Origin: Moniliella sp. 'wahieum'
Taxonomy: Eukaryota
Direction: 5' to 3'
NCBI GenBank assembly: GCA_003971905.1
Contig: RSEE01000035.1
Location: 124,001 to 188,000 of the forward strand
DNA: 64,000 nucleotides
The notes under the pieces were generated by a model. The model worked only from the letters and a program-made list of their open reading frames with translations, was not told where the DNA came from and did no database searches. Shown piece by piece: positions 12,472 through 23,925 of the stretch; position 1 is the stretch's first letter; the number at the start of each line of letters is the position of its first letter. Both the position numbers and the translations under genes were made by a program.

Positions 12472-14557
12472 CCAAGTCAACCAACAACACCTACAGAGGG
12501 ACATCAAGCATCCAGTTGCCACCAGGTGCTGCGGAACAGGGAAAACAGAAGCGACAAAATCCTACTAGTGGGCCTGAGGAGGGAGACTGAGATTAAGAGA
12601 CCTTTTGGCCACACACGACCCATCCGGCGGATCAACGATCAAAACACTGAAGATCTCTCTTCCTATTAACATTTGTGGTGCACGATTTTCTCACACAACT
12701 TCTTACTGATAGTTACTAGCGATACCAAACGAGTGTACAGAACTTACACAACAGCAGCTGCCCTCCCTGTTTTGGAATATGCGCCAATAGCCTGTATACC
12801 CCGTTTTGGAACGGAAGTGGTTGATGTCCCAACAAGAATGGTTTCGGGGTGGTGATTATGGTGCAGGCACACTGCACAGGTATCACGGTTTCTCGCGCAT
12901 CATCATCTCTGTACAACTATCATGGGACTAGCGCAGCTAGAGAGACGCAACGAAGGAGCTTGCCTGCCCTGGAGGAGACACACAGTAGAACTTAAAGAGG
13001 ATGTATGGAAAAGATGGATACTGCAGATGAAGATCGAGACGTGTGCGAGACCGAATCTGCCCTGATTTCAGCTATTGGCGCGGATGGTATGTGTGGTGGT
13101 GTGCACAGAGGCTCTCCATTCCATGTTGCTGTTCGTGGTAGACAAGTAGAGATGAACGATGATCGATGATGTGGGCAAGAAAAGTGCTGACAGCGGCGCA
13201 GAGATGATCGATGAGGGTTTGACGATTGGACCCGCATCACACTTCTGTTTATTAGCACTGAAGTCGTGGTCCGCTGGGGTCGGGATTTGGGGTTACCGGT
13301 TAGGGCGTTGGACGGTGGTTACAGAATCCTAAGCGAAGATCATCGACGATCATGTGCAAAAGAGGGGGGATTGGCCAAACGACTGAGGGGACTGGGCGCG
13401 CAGGAGAGAAGAGGTGCGATGGCGCTCATCGCAATACCATGGCCTCTGATCGGCGCCTTATGGGGTGGGTTTGGCCTGGTGTGTGTGGCTGCGGGAGAAA
13501 ATCCTCTTGTCCGCTAGTCGTACATAGTGGGGGTGGACTGGTGTGGGACGCGGAGCCGACGCCCACCAGTATGCACCAGTGCACCAGAGTACACTAGCAC
13601 CACACCCACCAATATCCAATCCTCTCCTCGTGGCGGCCTGCCACTAGCCACTGGCCTGCCCTGTTGCGGCGGTGGAAAAAAAAAGCAGCCAGCCACGTTG
13701 CCAGCCTGCACACCTGTCTCATTCCGCCCGCGGCCATGCGGGGAACACTGCTGCGCTGCGATCATGCATCATGCGTCACGTGGGCGGGCGGTGGCGGCCA
13801 CAGGCGGGAGGCGCTGGGCTAGCGAAGACCAGCGAGGCTGCTGCCGTGGCCGCTCCGCCAGGGGTGAGTGTCGGGATGTGTCGGGGTCTGTGTCGCAGGC
13901 GGCGGGCGGGTGGCCCAGACGACTTGGGCGTACGCGGGGATGGGTTGGGGGGGGAATAACGCAGTGGCGACTTGATAGGTGCGCCTTGGGGCTTGGGCTT
14001 GGGGCTAGCCAGGTGGGGCGGACACGTGGGGGCACAGGGGCGCTCGAGAGCGGTGGCGCGGGGCGAGCCATGCAGGTGCTGGTCATCGGTCGCATGGCAT
14101 GCATCATGCATGCCACCGAGGAGTACTGACCGGTGACCGGTGAGCATTGCTCAGCGCTCCATCTGATCTGGACGGCAGGCGCCCCAGGGCGCAGCTGCTG
14201 GATCGCTGTTTGTGCGTGGGCTGGCGCAGCACACGCGGGGCAGCACCTGGCAGCGCAGTGGCACGGGAGGGCAGCGCCTGCGTGTGCAGTGGGCGCCCTG
14301 GGAGGCGCATGCTGGGCGCAGAGCAGAGCACTGGCAGAGTCTGGCAGCGCTCACACAGCTCAAAGTGCGCCCTCCCGTCCCTTGCATGCATCATGCATGC
14401 GCACTGCGCCTCAGCGCTCGGCTGCCACGCTTTATCTCGGAGCTCTCCGCACCGTCGGGGCCTCTCTCCTCTGCCCCGCGCCAGTCTTGCTCTGCCTGCA
14501 ATAAAAGATCCCCGCACCGCCCGCGGCTCGCCCCCCCCCCCCATCCCCGCCCTTGCC

Positions 14558-16988
14558 ATGGACGTCCTCAGCACCCTCCCCTTCGACGTCGCCTGCGATG
14601 TCCTCGCCTGCGGCGTCCTGTCCCCCGCCGACGTCGCTGCGGCCGCGCGTGTGTCAAGGCCTGGTACGCCATTGCCATGTCCGAGCCCGCCTGGTACCAC
14701 CTCGCCAAGCGCAACCGCCTCCTCCCGCCCCGTCCGCCCCCGCTCAAGGCCCACACGCCTGCATCCACCACCACGGCGAGACGGGTGCCTTTGCCTCGGT
14801 GCATTCCTGGCGCGCCGCTTGTCTCCCTTCGTCATGTACTCGCCCGCCAGTGGGGCACCGGCCTCGCTCGCCACGCCCGAGTCCCTGTCCCCTTGCCCGC
14901 GGTCCGCCATGTCGTCTCGCTCTATGGCCCGCAGTCGACCGAGGCTGCCATCGCAGGCCCATCCGAGGATCTTGTTGCCACCTTCCGCGAGTGCATCGCT
15001 CGCAACCGCCTCCAACGCCACATCATCCCCTTGCCCCGCCACCAGGCCTTGTTGGTGCCCGGGGTTCAAGGCGATGTCTGGGTCGTCGATACCCAATCCA
15101 AGAGCTTCTCTGGGGTGCGCCCCCTCCCTCGCTTCCAGCTCAGGTGGAGGATGACACGTGGGCTGCCGCTGCCGACCCGGCCGCAACCGTCCCCCTGGTC
15201 GCTGCGGTCGACTCGGATGGGGATCAGTTCATTCTCACGGCTCACGTCTGGGGATGGGATACCTGCCAAGTTGATGTTTTCCGTGCTGACCCGTTTCCAG
15301 GTCAACGTGGCAACTTTGTGCACGTGGGGGAACTTCCCATGCCCGAGGGGCTGGAACACAGCTACCGCAACCTGCTCAAAATGCACGCCACCTCGGCTGC
15401 CATCCTGGCGGGGGACGCACCTTTGTCCAAGGGACTTGGAGACGATGGAGTGCACCAATACCATTCTCATTGACGATGCACTCTCTCCAGTCATGGACAC
15501 GCTGTTGCCTCGGTCGTTTGACTATGACGACCAATACATCTACCTTTCTGCTACTCTAATCCCATCCGGCAGGCAAGGCTGGCCGCCTGCCACCTGGGAT
15601 GATCTGTTTGTCTTCCGCCGTCCCCAGAAGCAAGGGGGGGTAGCGACATTGGTTTGGTCGCTGGGGGAGGCCACTGCCTCGGGGTCGCTCCTTGGTACGG
15701 AGCCGACTGTTTGGACGGCTGTTTTCGATGCTTCTGTTCCGGTGGCTTCGTCTCGGGTAGCTCCCGAGGCACGGATTGTCCAAGGTCCCCACGTGGGTCG
15801 CATGACTCCGTTCGGCACTGTCTTTGCTCGCGATCCAACAACGGATGCAATTTTGATCGCGACGGGTCGGGGGATTCTGATTATCCGCGGCTGTTCTACC
15901 GTCTTTAGCCCTCTTAACAAGGGAGAGGAAGAGGAAGAGAAGCATGAAGAGAAAGGAACGGCTTCGTCCGATGCCTCTGTGCCTTCGCAGCCTTTGGTAG
16001 TGATGCTGGACTTTGGCACTGATGACGATTCTGATGGCGTGCCAACGTACTGGCCAGGGACCGGGCACGCCCAGCTGTCCCTGTGCCAAGGTCGCGGGTT
16101 GTAGGTCCCCCACTGGACGGAGTTGGTGGACTATTACACACGCTACCAGTCCCAGCCAAGTTCGTGTTGTGGACTGAGCGCGGCCAAGCGGCCATATGGC
16201 CAAAAGAGCACCAGTGTAATTCCCTTTGCCCCCATTGCCCCAATCTCAGCCTGCCCGCCCCCGTCGGCACCCACACCGCTTCCGCTGGCCCCTGCGCCTT
16301 CGGGACGTACCACTGCCCCCCCCACCCCGGGCGCCGCGGCCACCTCGCTAGCATTGACCATGACGCAGCGTCTTCCCTCGATGCAACCCTTGTCGCGGCG
16401 ACCCTCGTTTGCCTCCATGTCGCGCCGCACGTCCCGTTCCGTCTCTCGCCGCCGTCGGGACTGGCACCAGCCCCGTTGGCTGCGCTTCGAGCGATGGCAG
16501 CCGAGCCAGTGACGGGCGACCTGGCTATGGGGCCCAAAGGCAAAATGCGCAAATTTAGCCTCAACCGGGACGCTCAGGGCCAAGCAGCCGCAACGACCTT
16601 GAGCCTCTCACTGTACCGTGCCGCGCAGGACCAAATGCTGCAACGGCTGTATGGCGTTTTGCCCGGCCGGCCCTGTGCGGCCGTAGCGCTCACTCCCAGT
16701 GCTGCCTACCTGTTCAGCGTGCGGGTCGATGGTCATCCAGCTCGACACGCTATAGTGCAAGTGTGGGACCTAGCTTCGTCCGCCTTGGTGGCCGTCAACC
16801 CCTCGGTTGCCGCTCGGGCCTTGTCGGCGCGCACGGTCCTGTCCCCCATGGACGTGGATACCCATCTCCTCTCCCATCCGTCTCACCAGACTGTTGCGCC
16901 AGCCTCGTCGACTCCCCTTCCTGTTCCTGCCCAAGAGCAGGCAGGTCGGCTTCCAGGTCAGGAAACGCCCATTCTGCTTGGCGCCTGA
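14558..16988 (+). CDS. F-box domain protein (N-terminal F-box plus long C-terminal region); several frameshifts
   Basis: MDVLSTLPFDVACDVLACGVLSPADVAAAARVS / KAWYAIAMSEPAWYHL matches the F-box consensus LxxLPxEl...l...dl..l.rVsk.w..l...lW; continues in ORFs 14212-16104, 14553-15473 and 16083-16988. Confidence 0.75.
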
Positions 16989-17993
16989 GCCCCTCCCCAC
17001 CCCCACCCTCACCGACTTGTCGTCTTTCACTTTGTACTCCTGTCCCGCCTGTTTATGATACGGGGCTTGCCCGTTCGTTCGTTCGTTTGGTTGGTTCGGC
17101 ATGACAAAGGGTATGGGAATGGCAAAAAGACCACGCGTTTATTTGCGCTCCCCCCTCACTGCTTACCGCTTACCGCTTCCCACTTACCGCTTCTCACTCT
17201 CCCTTCTCGGCTTCCCGGTTCGGTTGATACCCTGTTACTATACTTGGGACTTTTGTTGGCGATGAACTGTTTGTGCCTCTTCGCCCTCTTGATATGTTCT
17301 TCCCACCCTTCTCCCCGGTCATCTTGGATTTCATCGCTTGTTTCTTTTGTCGCCCTTACGCACCTGGTTGCCCATCGCTCATCTCACGTCCCGGTCCTTC
17401 TGTCGCATTTGAACCTTTGGTGTCTGGTTATGGATTCTCTGTCGCTCTGGAGGGTGGAGGTGGCTGATGCACTGATGGCTGGTGATATATGATAGGCAGA
17501 TATAGGCGCCGGGTTTTTGATCGCCTCTACAGCATCTGGATCAAGCACATGCTCATGTGCCAAGAGGATCGAAAGGAGAGTAAGCCGGCGCGCAAGGACT
17601 CTCAGTACTTACGGACGCGTGGTGCGACTGCTGCGTTGCGTCAGTCTGATCGCACGTTGGTTGCGTTGCTAGTAGAAATGAGAGAGGTCGAGGGTGGGGT
17701 GGCTACTAAAGCTTAAAGCCCGTACTGTACAAGACCATCTATAAGAATACCACGGTCTATGCAAAACCTCAGTTCCGTTGTGCCAGTTGGGATGCCACAG
17801 TGCCTGCCGCGGTGAGGGTGAAACAAAGGTGGGTTCATTCAGAGCAAAGATGAGATCATGAGCACTGGCATATGGGTGGACACATGGCGAGCAGTTCGAA
17901 GTGCGATAGATACAGGGAGGAAAGGTCGAGAACCCAAGAGTCGAGAGCCCAAGAGTCTCGAGATTGGAGAGAGAGCGAGGGAGCCTTGGTCTC

Positions 17994-19593
17994 TCACTCG
18001 TACTTGGCAATAAAGTCGCGGTGGAATTTACTAAAGCGGTCGACGAACGCGTCGGACTCTTTGGCGAGGAAGGTAGTGCGGAAGAACATGCGTCCTGAGG
18101 TGGTAGGGTCCTTGCCAAATCCCGATCCTGGAATGACACAGATCCCAGTCGCATCCAGCAGGGAGAAGCAATAAAATTCATCAGGCTTGCGACCGGCCTG
18201 CTCGGCGGCCGCAATGGCTTGGCTGGGCAAGTCGACCTCAGGGAAGAGGTACATACTGCCTTGCGCTTCACCACACGCCATGCGCGGCAGAGCATGGAAC
18301 GCACTTTGCATTTTACGCGAGCGCGACCGGAGCGTGTCCATGATGGCCTCGCGTTCCTTGACCCACAGCTCGTACGACGGTTCTCCCTCCTTGGGAGGCT
18401 TGACCATAATGTCTACCCCGATCTGGCCCTGGAGCGGCGGGCAGAGACTGATGGAAGCCATCTTATAAATCTGGGCTTGGACAACCGGATCAAAGTTGGT
18501 CAATTCAAAGTAGCCACCTCGCCGACCGCATTCGCCCGAGAAGCCCTTGGAGATGGAGTGGAACGAAGCCAGTTCCACCTCCTTGGCAATCGCTTGGTCG
18601 GCCGGGTCAGACGACTTGGAAAGGTCCAGGAGGACCTTTTTGAACGAAACAAACGGTCGGTTGGCCGTGTAAATGTTGGGCTGATACACTTCATCAGCAA
18701 AGACGACCAGACGCTTCTTGTGCGCAAGACGGAGAACATCCAAAATGTTGTCGTACGACATGACGATGCCCGTCGGGTTTCCCGGGTTGATCACCACCAC
18801 CGCACGAACATCGATCCCCTCCGCAGCCGCCTTGTCTACCTCCGTCTCGAGAAGGGGCACATCCAACTCCCATTCCTTGTCTGGGTTCAGCTGGTAGCGC
18901 ACCGGATGAGCCGAAAGCACACGCAACGAGGCGCTATAGAGAGGGTATTGAGGGATGGGGATCGCTACCCACCTTGGGGGAAGAAATCAGGACTTGAAGA
19001 ATAAGTTGGATACCGGCAGATGCCCCAGCGGTGAGGAAAATGTGATTGGGCGATGTGACATGTCCGTCGCGCTCTGGAGAGGGGGGATGGGGTTGGGGGA
19101 GGAAGAGTAGTTAGTAGGGTATAATAATCGGAGCCTAACGGATACATGGAGACGTACCCGTGATATACTCGGCCACGTGTTGGCGAATGGTGTTAGCACC
19201 CATGGACTGGGAGTAGGCCCCAACGGAGCCGACATCAGCTAGGATGTCCTTTGCGCGCTGGATGGCGTCCGAGGGGAAAACACCTGCGCTGACCAGGGCG
19301 GGGTTGGTAATCAAATCAGGAAGCTCGGTGAGAGCAGCGACCTGGCGCCAAAAGGTGAGAGGAGGCTGAGCCAAGGCAGGTTGCTGTTGAGGGTTGCCAA
19401 TGTTGCAGTAGACAACCGAGTCAAAAGGGAGACCATCATTGTCCGTCTTGCCTGCGGCATGTGCCTTGGCAAGCCGCTCAGCATACGTTTGCGCACGCAC
19501 AGCCAGCTCACCCCGAACGGCGTACTGGGCCTCGCGCACGGCGGGGTTGATGCTCTGGAGCGTAAGGACGGGCTCGTGCTTGGTAGCAGACAT
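17994..19593 (-). CDS. ALT1: Alanine aminotransferase (class I/II PLP enzyme); intron 19074-19157; frameshift near 18965
   Basis: INPAVREAQYAVRGELAVRA, CNIGNPQQ, SVGAYSQSMG, IPIPQYPLYSA, VINPGNPTG, ADEVYQ, PLP-lysine motif SFHSISKGFSGECGRRGGY, GICVIPGSGFG, FRTTFL. Confidence 0.96.
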
Positions 19594-19669
19594 GGGGAAA
19601 ACGTTGGACAGTGACAAGAGGAGACGGGGGTTCGGGATGAGGGGATGTGGCGGTGGGCCAAGAGGTGCC

Positions 19670-19680
19670 TATATATATAA
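19670..19680 (-). promoter_or_regulatory. TATA box of the alanine aminotransferase gene
   Basis: TTATATATATA on the minus strand ~80 nt upstream of ATG 19593. Confidence 0.55.
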
Positions 19681-21139
19681 CGCTGGCCAGGGCCGGTGTG
19701 GACACAGGAGGTGGGATACTCAGCGGGTCGGTATAGCCATCTAGCCGTCTAGTCATCAGACCTCTATGAGCGGGGGTAAGGACTTTCGTTGGCTGGTCGG
19801 CACCGCCCACATCGATCAGGGGCACAAGAGAAGAAAGCGCGAGGGCAAGCGGCCATATAATGACGTCGTTGTGGAATGCATCGTATGATCCTGTCCTGAC
19901 ACTTATTTGCGGAGGGATGTGCGGGGAGATGTCTCAAGAGAGCAAGAGTGACTAGTGACTATCTGCCTAGTGAACTAGTGAAGCTTCAAGTCACTCGTGA
20001 CTGGCTTGACTAGTGACGTCCTAAGGCACATGATGTGCCGCTGCAACCGCGCGCGCTGCCTGCGCCCCTACATTGGCGTAGCTTTTGGCGTTGCCGTCGC
20101 CAACGCCGCCGCCGCGGACGCAGCGGGGTGTATGTGGTGGGAAGATGGGTGCTGCCGGTGGGAGAGATTTGCTGAGGAGATCAGGACGTATAGTTGTGTT
20201 GATATTTATGTACCCCGGGCCCCACAGAGTCCAGGGTGGTGGCGGTGGTGGGGGTGGCGGGGTGGGGGTTGCGGGGGGTGGACCTGGGCGCAGGGAGGGA
20301 GGACGAGAGCCGAGGGCGCAATGCGTTGTTGCGAAGAGCGACTGGCCGGGACTGGCTCAAAGGCGGCTGCGCCGCTTAATTGCTCTCGCCGCGTGTCTGG
20401 GCCGCCGGGGCGGGGGAGTGAGGCGGTCAGGGGCACAGAAGGTGGCGCCAGGGTCTTTTGCTTCCCATGAGCCAACTAGTCCACACTGGCCTGCAAGTGT
20501 CCTCCCAATCGTTGCAGACCCCGACGCGCTTCTGCGCCCCCTCGCCGGCCCCACCAGCCATGAGGTTCTGAGATGTTGCTGCACTGCGGTCACCGCGGGG
20601 ACCACACACACACAGACACCCAAAGTGCTAATGGCGGGGACGCTGCCGCGACGTTATATCCACCACAGTCCCGTAAGACGCCACACGTGTGCCGCACTTG
20701 CGGCACACAAGCTCCCCCGCCCATCAAGCCAAGAACCTCATCGAGGCAGGCCTGACACGCCTTTTAGGTGACATGTGACAGGGCACTCCTATTGGCCTAC
20801 ACCTTTCCCCAGGAGTAGGCGGTGAGTGGCTAGTGAAGCGCCGTGGGAAATCGCCGCCTTAAGAAAATTCTTCCTCCTCATAAACCTACTCCCCCTGGGA
20901 GAAACTTGCCGGCCTGTACCCTCCTCATATGGGAGCGTCAGATGGAGACACATTCCATCATTCATACGATTCTTGGATCAGGCGTGGGACTGCCACGTCT
21001 ACTAATGCATTGTGCACCCAGGTGCTGATTGTCCTGCTTTTCTCCCTTTGGGTTGCATGCTGACGCGCTGACGCAAGAGAAAGAAGAACAGCAACAAGAT
21101 GAGGTAACATGCCTTAGTCAAAGACTAAGAGATTAATGA

Positions 21140-21668
21140 TTAGCTCCGCTTCGCTTCCACAATCTCCACCCAGTACATGTCCGGGTCGTAGATGAAGGCA
21201 ATGTTGCGCATGCGTCCGTCCTCCGGGCGCTGGGGCAGAGAGGAGCGGTCAGGTTTTCCAGCTCACACAAGGGGCATCGGGGGTGGGGTATAGGATGAGG
21301 AGGAAACGTACCTTCTTAAAGCGTACGCCATGCGCGTCAAAGTGCTTCACAGCCTCCTCGAGCGAGTCAACAGAAATGCAAATGTGGCCAAAGCCCTGCT
21401 TCTCCTGTTCGTTGCCGTTCACGTATACCTGGCCCTCCTCCTTCTCGGTCCCCTTGTTCCAGGTGAGCTCGAGGACAGCCTCACGAGCAAAAACGGAGGC
21501 TTCCTGAGGTCCATGCTTGTACCCCAGGAAGTAGAGGACAAAGGAGCCATTGTCAGACTCGCGCAGCAGGTCCATGCCCAACACGTCCTGGTAAAAGGCG
21601 AGGGACACCTTAGGGTCCTTGACCCGGATCATGGTGTGGTTGAAGCGGAAGGATGTGCGAGGGTCCAT
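21140..21668 (-). CDS. GLO1: Glyoxalase I (lactoylglutathione lyase), single-domain form; intron 21230-21311
   Basis: FRFNHTMIRVKDPKVSLAFYQDVLGM, LELTWNKGTE, NGNE..QGFGHICISVD, FKK|RPEDGRMRNIAFIYDPDMYWVEI. Confidence 0.95.
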
Positions 21669-22984
21669 TGTGGGCGAGGGCCGGGTCGGCAGGACTGTTG
21701 CGTGTGGTGGTGGTGTGTGGGTCGCGCCGCTCAAGTCCAACGCTTCCACTTCAGGCTTCGCACTGGGCGCTTCGAGAGCCCGCTGGGGTGGGCATTGGAG
21801 GGCTGTGTGCACGGATGTCGCACGACGCTGGAGGACCGGTCTTACATAACATTACGTCAACGTTGCCGAGCTCCGGACATTGGAGCGCGTAACCTCCGCA
21901 TTTCCCGCTTGCCCTTTTGTTCATTTTGCCTAGGCGGGATTTGTGCGCCGTAGGCCCGGCTCTGCCTGTCCAAGTCGCACTCGTCCTTCTCTATTGGGCT
22001 GGCTGCATCTCTATTCTACGACAACGGGTGCGATCTACTGGGTTATCAGGTTGAGCTGTCTGTGTACTCAGGTGGTCCTCAGTGGCGGGGGCATTCGCGT
22101 AAGGGTTGAACGTACGTTGAACGTTCAGGCGCCAGACTCGGTGTTGGTGCTGGAATGGAAGCGCGCCCGTCCGCCTGCTGCGAAACAATGATGGCTTCGC
22201 GCACCCGTCGAAATGCATTCGCAACCTGCGCATTGCGGTCCTCCGGGACAGGGGCAGCTTCAGCTCGAAAATGGGGGCGGGCCGGTCAACTAGGGCAGCA
22301 AGGGAACATGCCTAGGACCCACAGAGAGAAAGGGCGACTACAATACCTATTGGGGTTGGGTGTGCTGGGAGCAGAGAGAGTGGCCGTGGGAGAGTCGTAG
22401 GTGCACCTGTGTTCGCCAGTAGGGGGGATTATAACGCCACCAGCCTCACATCGCAACCGAAAAGAGCACGGAGCCAACAGTATGACTGAGTTGACCCAGG
22501 CTGCCCCCAGCACTCGTTCAACCTACAGGATCCATGTCACCCCGCCACAGTGCCTTTTTATACACCTCGTGTTTGCGTCCTCTTCTGCCTATCCTTTTTT
22601 CCATGTTGCACATGCTGTCCTGACACTTTTCTTCTTAGCGCATGGCCAAGCCATAGCTGACAGTCCTACGCTATTTCCACGGATAAATGTGGACTGGCCA
22701 TGGGGGGGTTAACGTTTATACATGTCGATCCTGTCACTCACACTGAAAGAGGTGAATAACAATGATGCTTACAGGCCAGTCAGGGCTGTGCGGTATGTCG
22801 CACCAATCTATATCGAGATCAAAGAAGATGGTGGGGGTCGACGACCGTAGAAATGCATATGTAGGCCATAGACAGTCTTGGGCATACAGACCAACTTTTG
22901 GGACGCCCCCTTAACCCATTAACAGCACTGGGGCCAAAGGGCAGGGGGACTGGAGACAGGAGTAGATGAGGGAACGATATGCGT

Positions 22985-23383
22985 TTAGTCGAAGAGACCA
23001 AAGCCCATGTCGTCGTCAGACTCCTCCTCCTCCTTCTCCTCCTTCTTCTCCTCAGCGGCGGGGGCGTCACCGGCAGCGGCAGCGCCAGCAGCAGGGGCAG
23101 CCGCGGCGACGGCACCGCCAGCGGGGACCGAGGCGAGCTTCTCAGCGCCCTGGGCAATCAGCTGTGCAGGGGAAAGGTCAGTTTTGTGTTCGTTGGGCGT
23201 CATGTAGGAGGGGAGGGGATAACGTACCTCCGAGACGTCCTTGCCGGAGAGCTCGGCGACGACCTTCTCGAGGCGCTCAGCGTCGGCCTCAATGCCGACG
23301 GTGGCAAGAGCAGTGACGTCCTTGGCCGAGGGGGCGGCGTTGCCACCGGAAACGAGCAGGAGGTAAGCGGCGACGTGCTTCAT
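22985..23383 (-). CDS. RPP2: 60S acidic ribosomal protein P2; intron 23162-23227
   Basis: [53 protein letters not shown]...[14 protein letters not shown]. Confidence 0.98.
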   Translation of the reverse strand: MKHVAAYLLLVSGGNAAPSAKDVTALATVGIEADAERLEKVVAELSGKDVSEVRYPLPSYMTPNEHKTDLSPAQLIAQGAEKLASVPAGGAVAAAAPAAGAAAAGDAPAAEEKKEEKEEEESDDDMGFGLFD

Positions 23384-23925
23384 CTTGATCAACTGGAGGT
23401 GTTGTTGGTAAGGAGGCTGGTGTGGCATGGCAGGAGATGGAGGTAGACGACGGATCAAGTTAGGGTTGGGGCGCTTCAATTAATTCAAAATATACAGTGG
23501 CCTCGTGCCCGGCGTTGCCGCAGCAAGCTCTGCTGGAGAGCCGGCTGGGGCTGGCACCTGCTGGCGCCGAACATAATAAGGCGTCTTGCCGGTGAGTACG
23601 ATCGATGATCATCGTCTGCCCCCTTGCCTGCAAATATTTCTACCCCACAGTTGTATCGAAGACTTTCCATCCACCTGTGCGTCGTCAGCAGGTCTGCGCC
23701 TGGTGGGAAACTCAGCGCTCGCGCAACGCTGCTCAACAATGCCCAACCTACCGGTTCTCACCTGGCAAATGTCTTCCCGACGCAGTGAACTTGCTCTATG
23801 AGCGCCAACCCATATTCGGCGCATCCCCTCAATAGCTATGTGCCATCTATGGTAGCCTCAACCAACATCGTCAGGCCGACGAGCACTGTTCGATCAGAAG
23901 CACGATTACCAGCACATGACGCTGT

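Noticed and set aside
12230..13500. Possible degenerate transposon (also 53200-54600 and 58000-59700)
   Set aside because: Lower GC but no transposase, RT or integrase motifs, terminal repeats or target-site duplications visible.
13500..14500. Many 100-200 aa overlapping ORFs (similar sets at 20000-20800, 28950-29500 and 57200-57950)
   Set aside because: Arg/Ala/Gly/Pro-rich products in all frames, typical of GC-rich promoter DNA lacking stops.
17994..21668. ALT1, GLO1, ALDH and ALDC as a pyruvate/carbonyl gene cluster
   Set aside because: They are spread over more than 40 kb among unrelated housekeeping genes; only ALT1 and GLO1 are adjacent.
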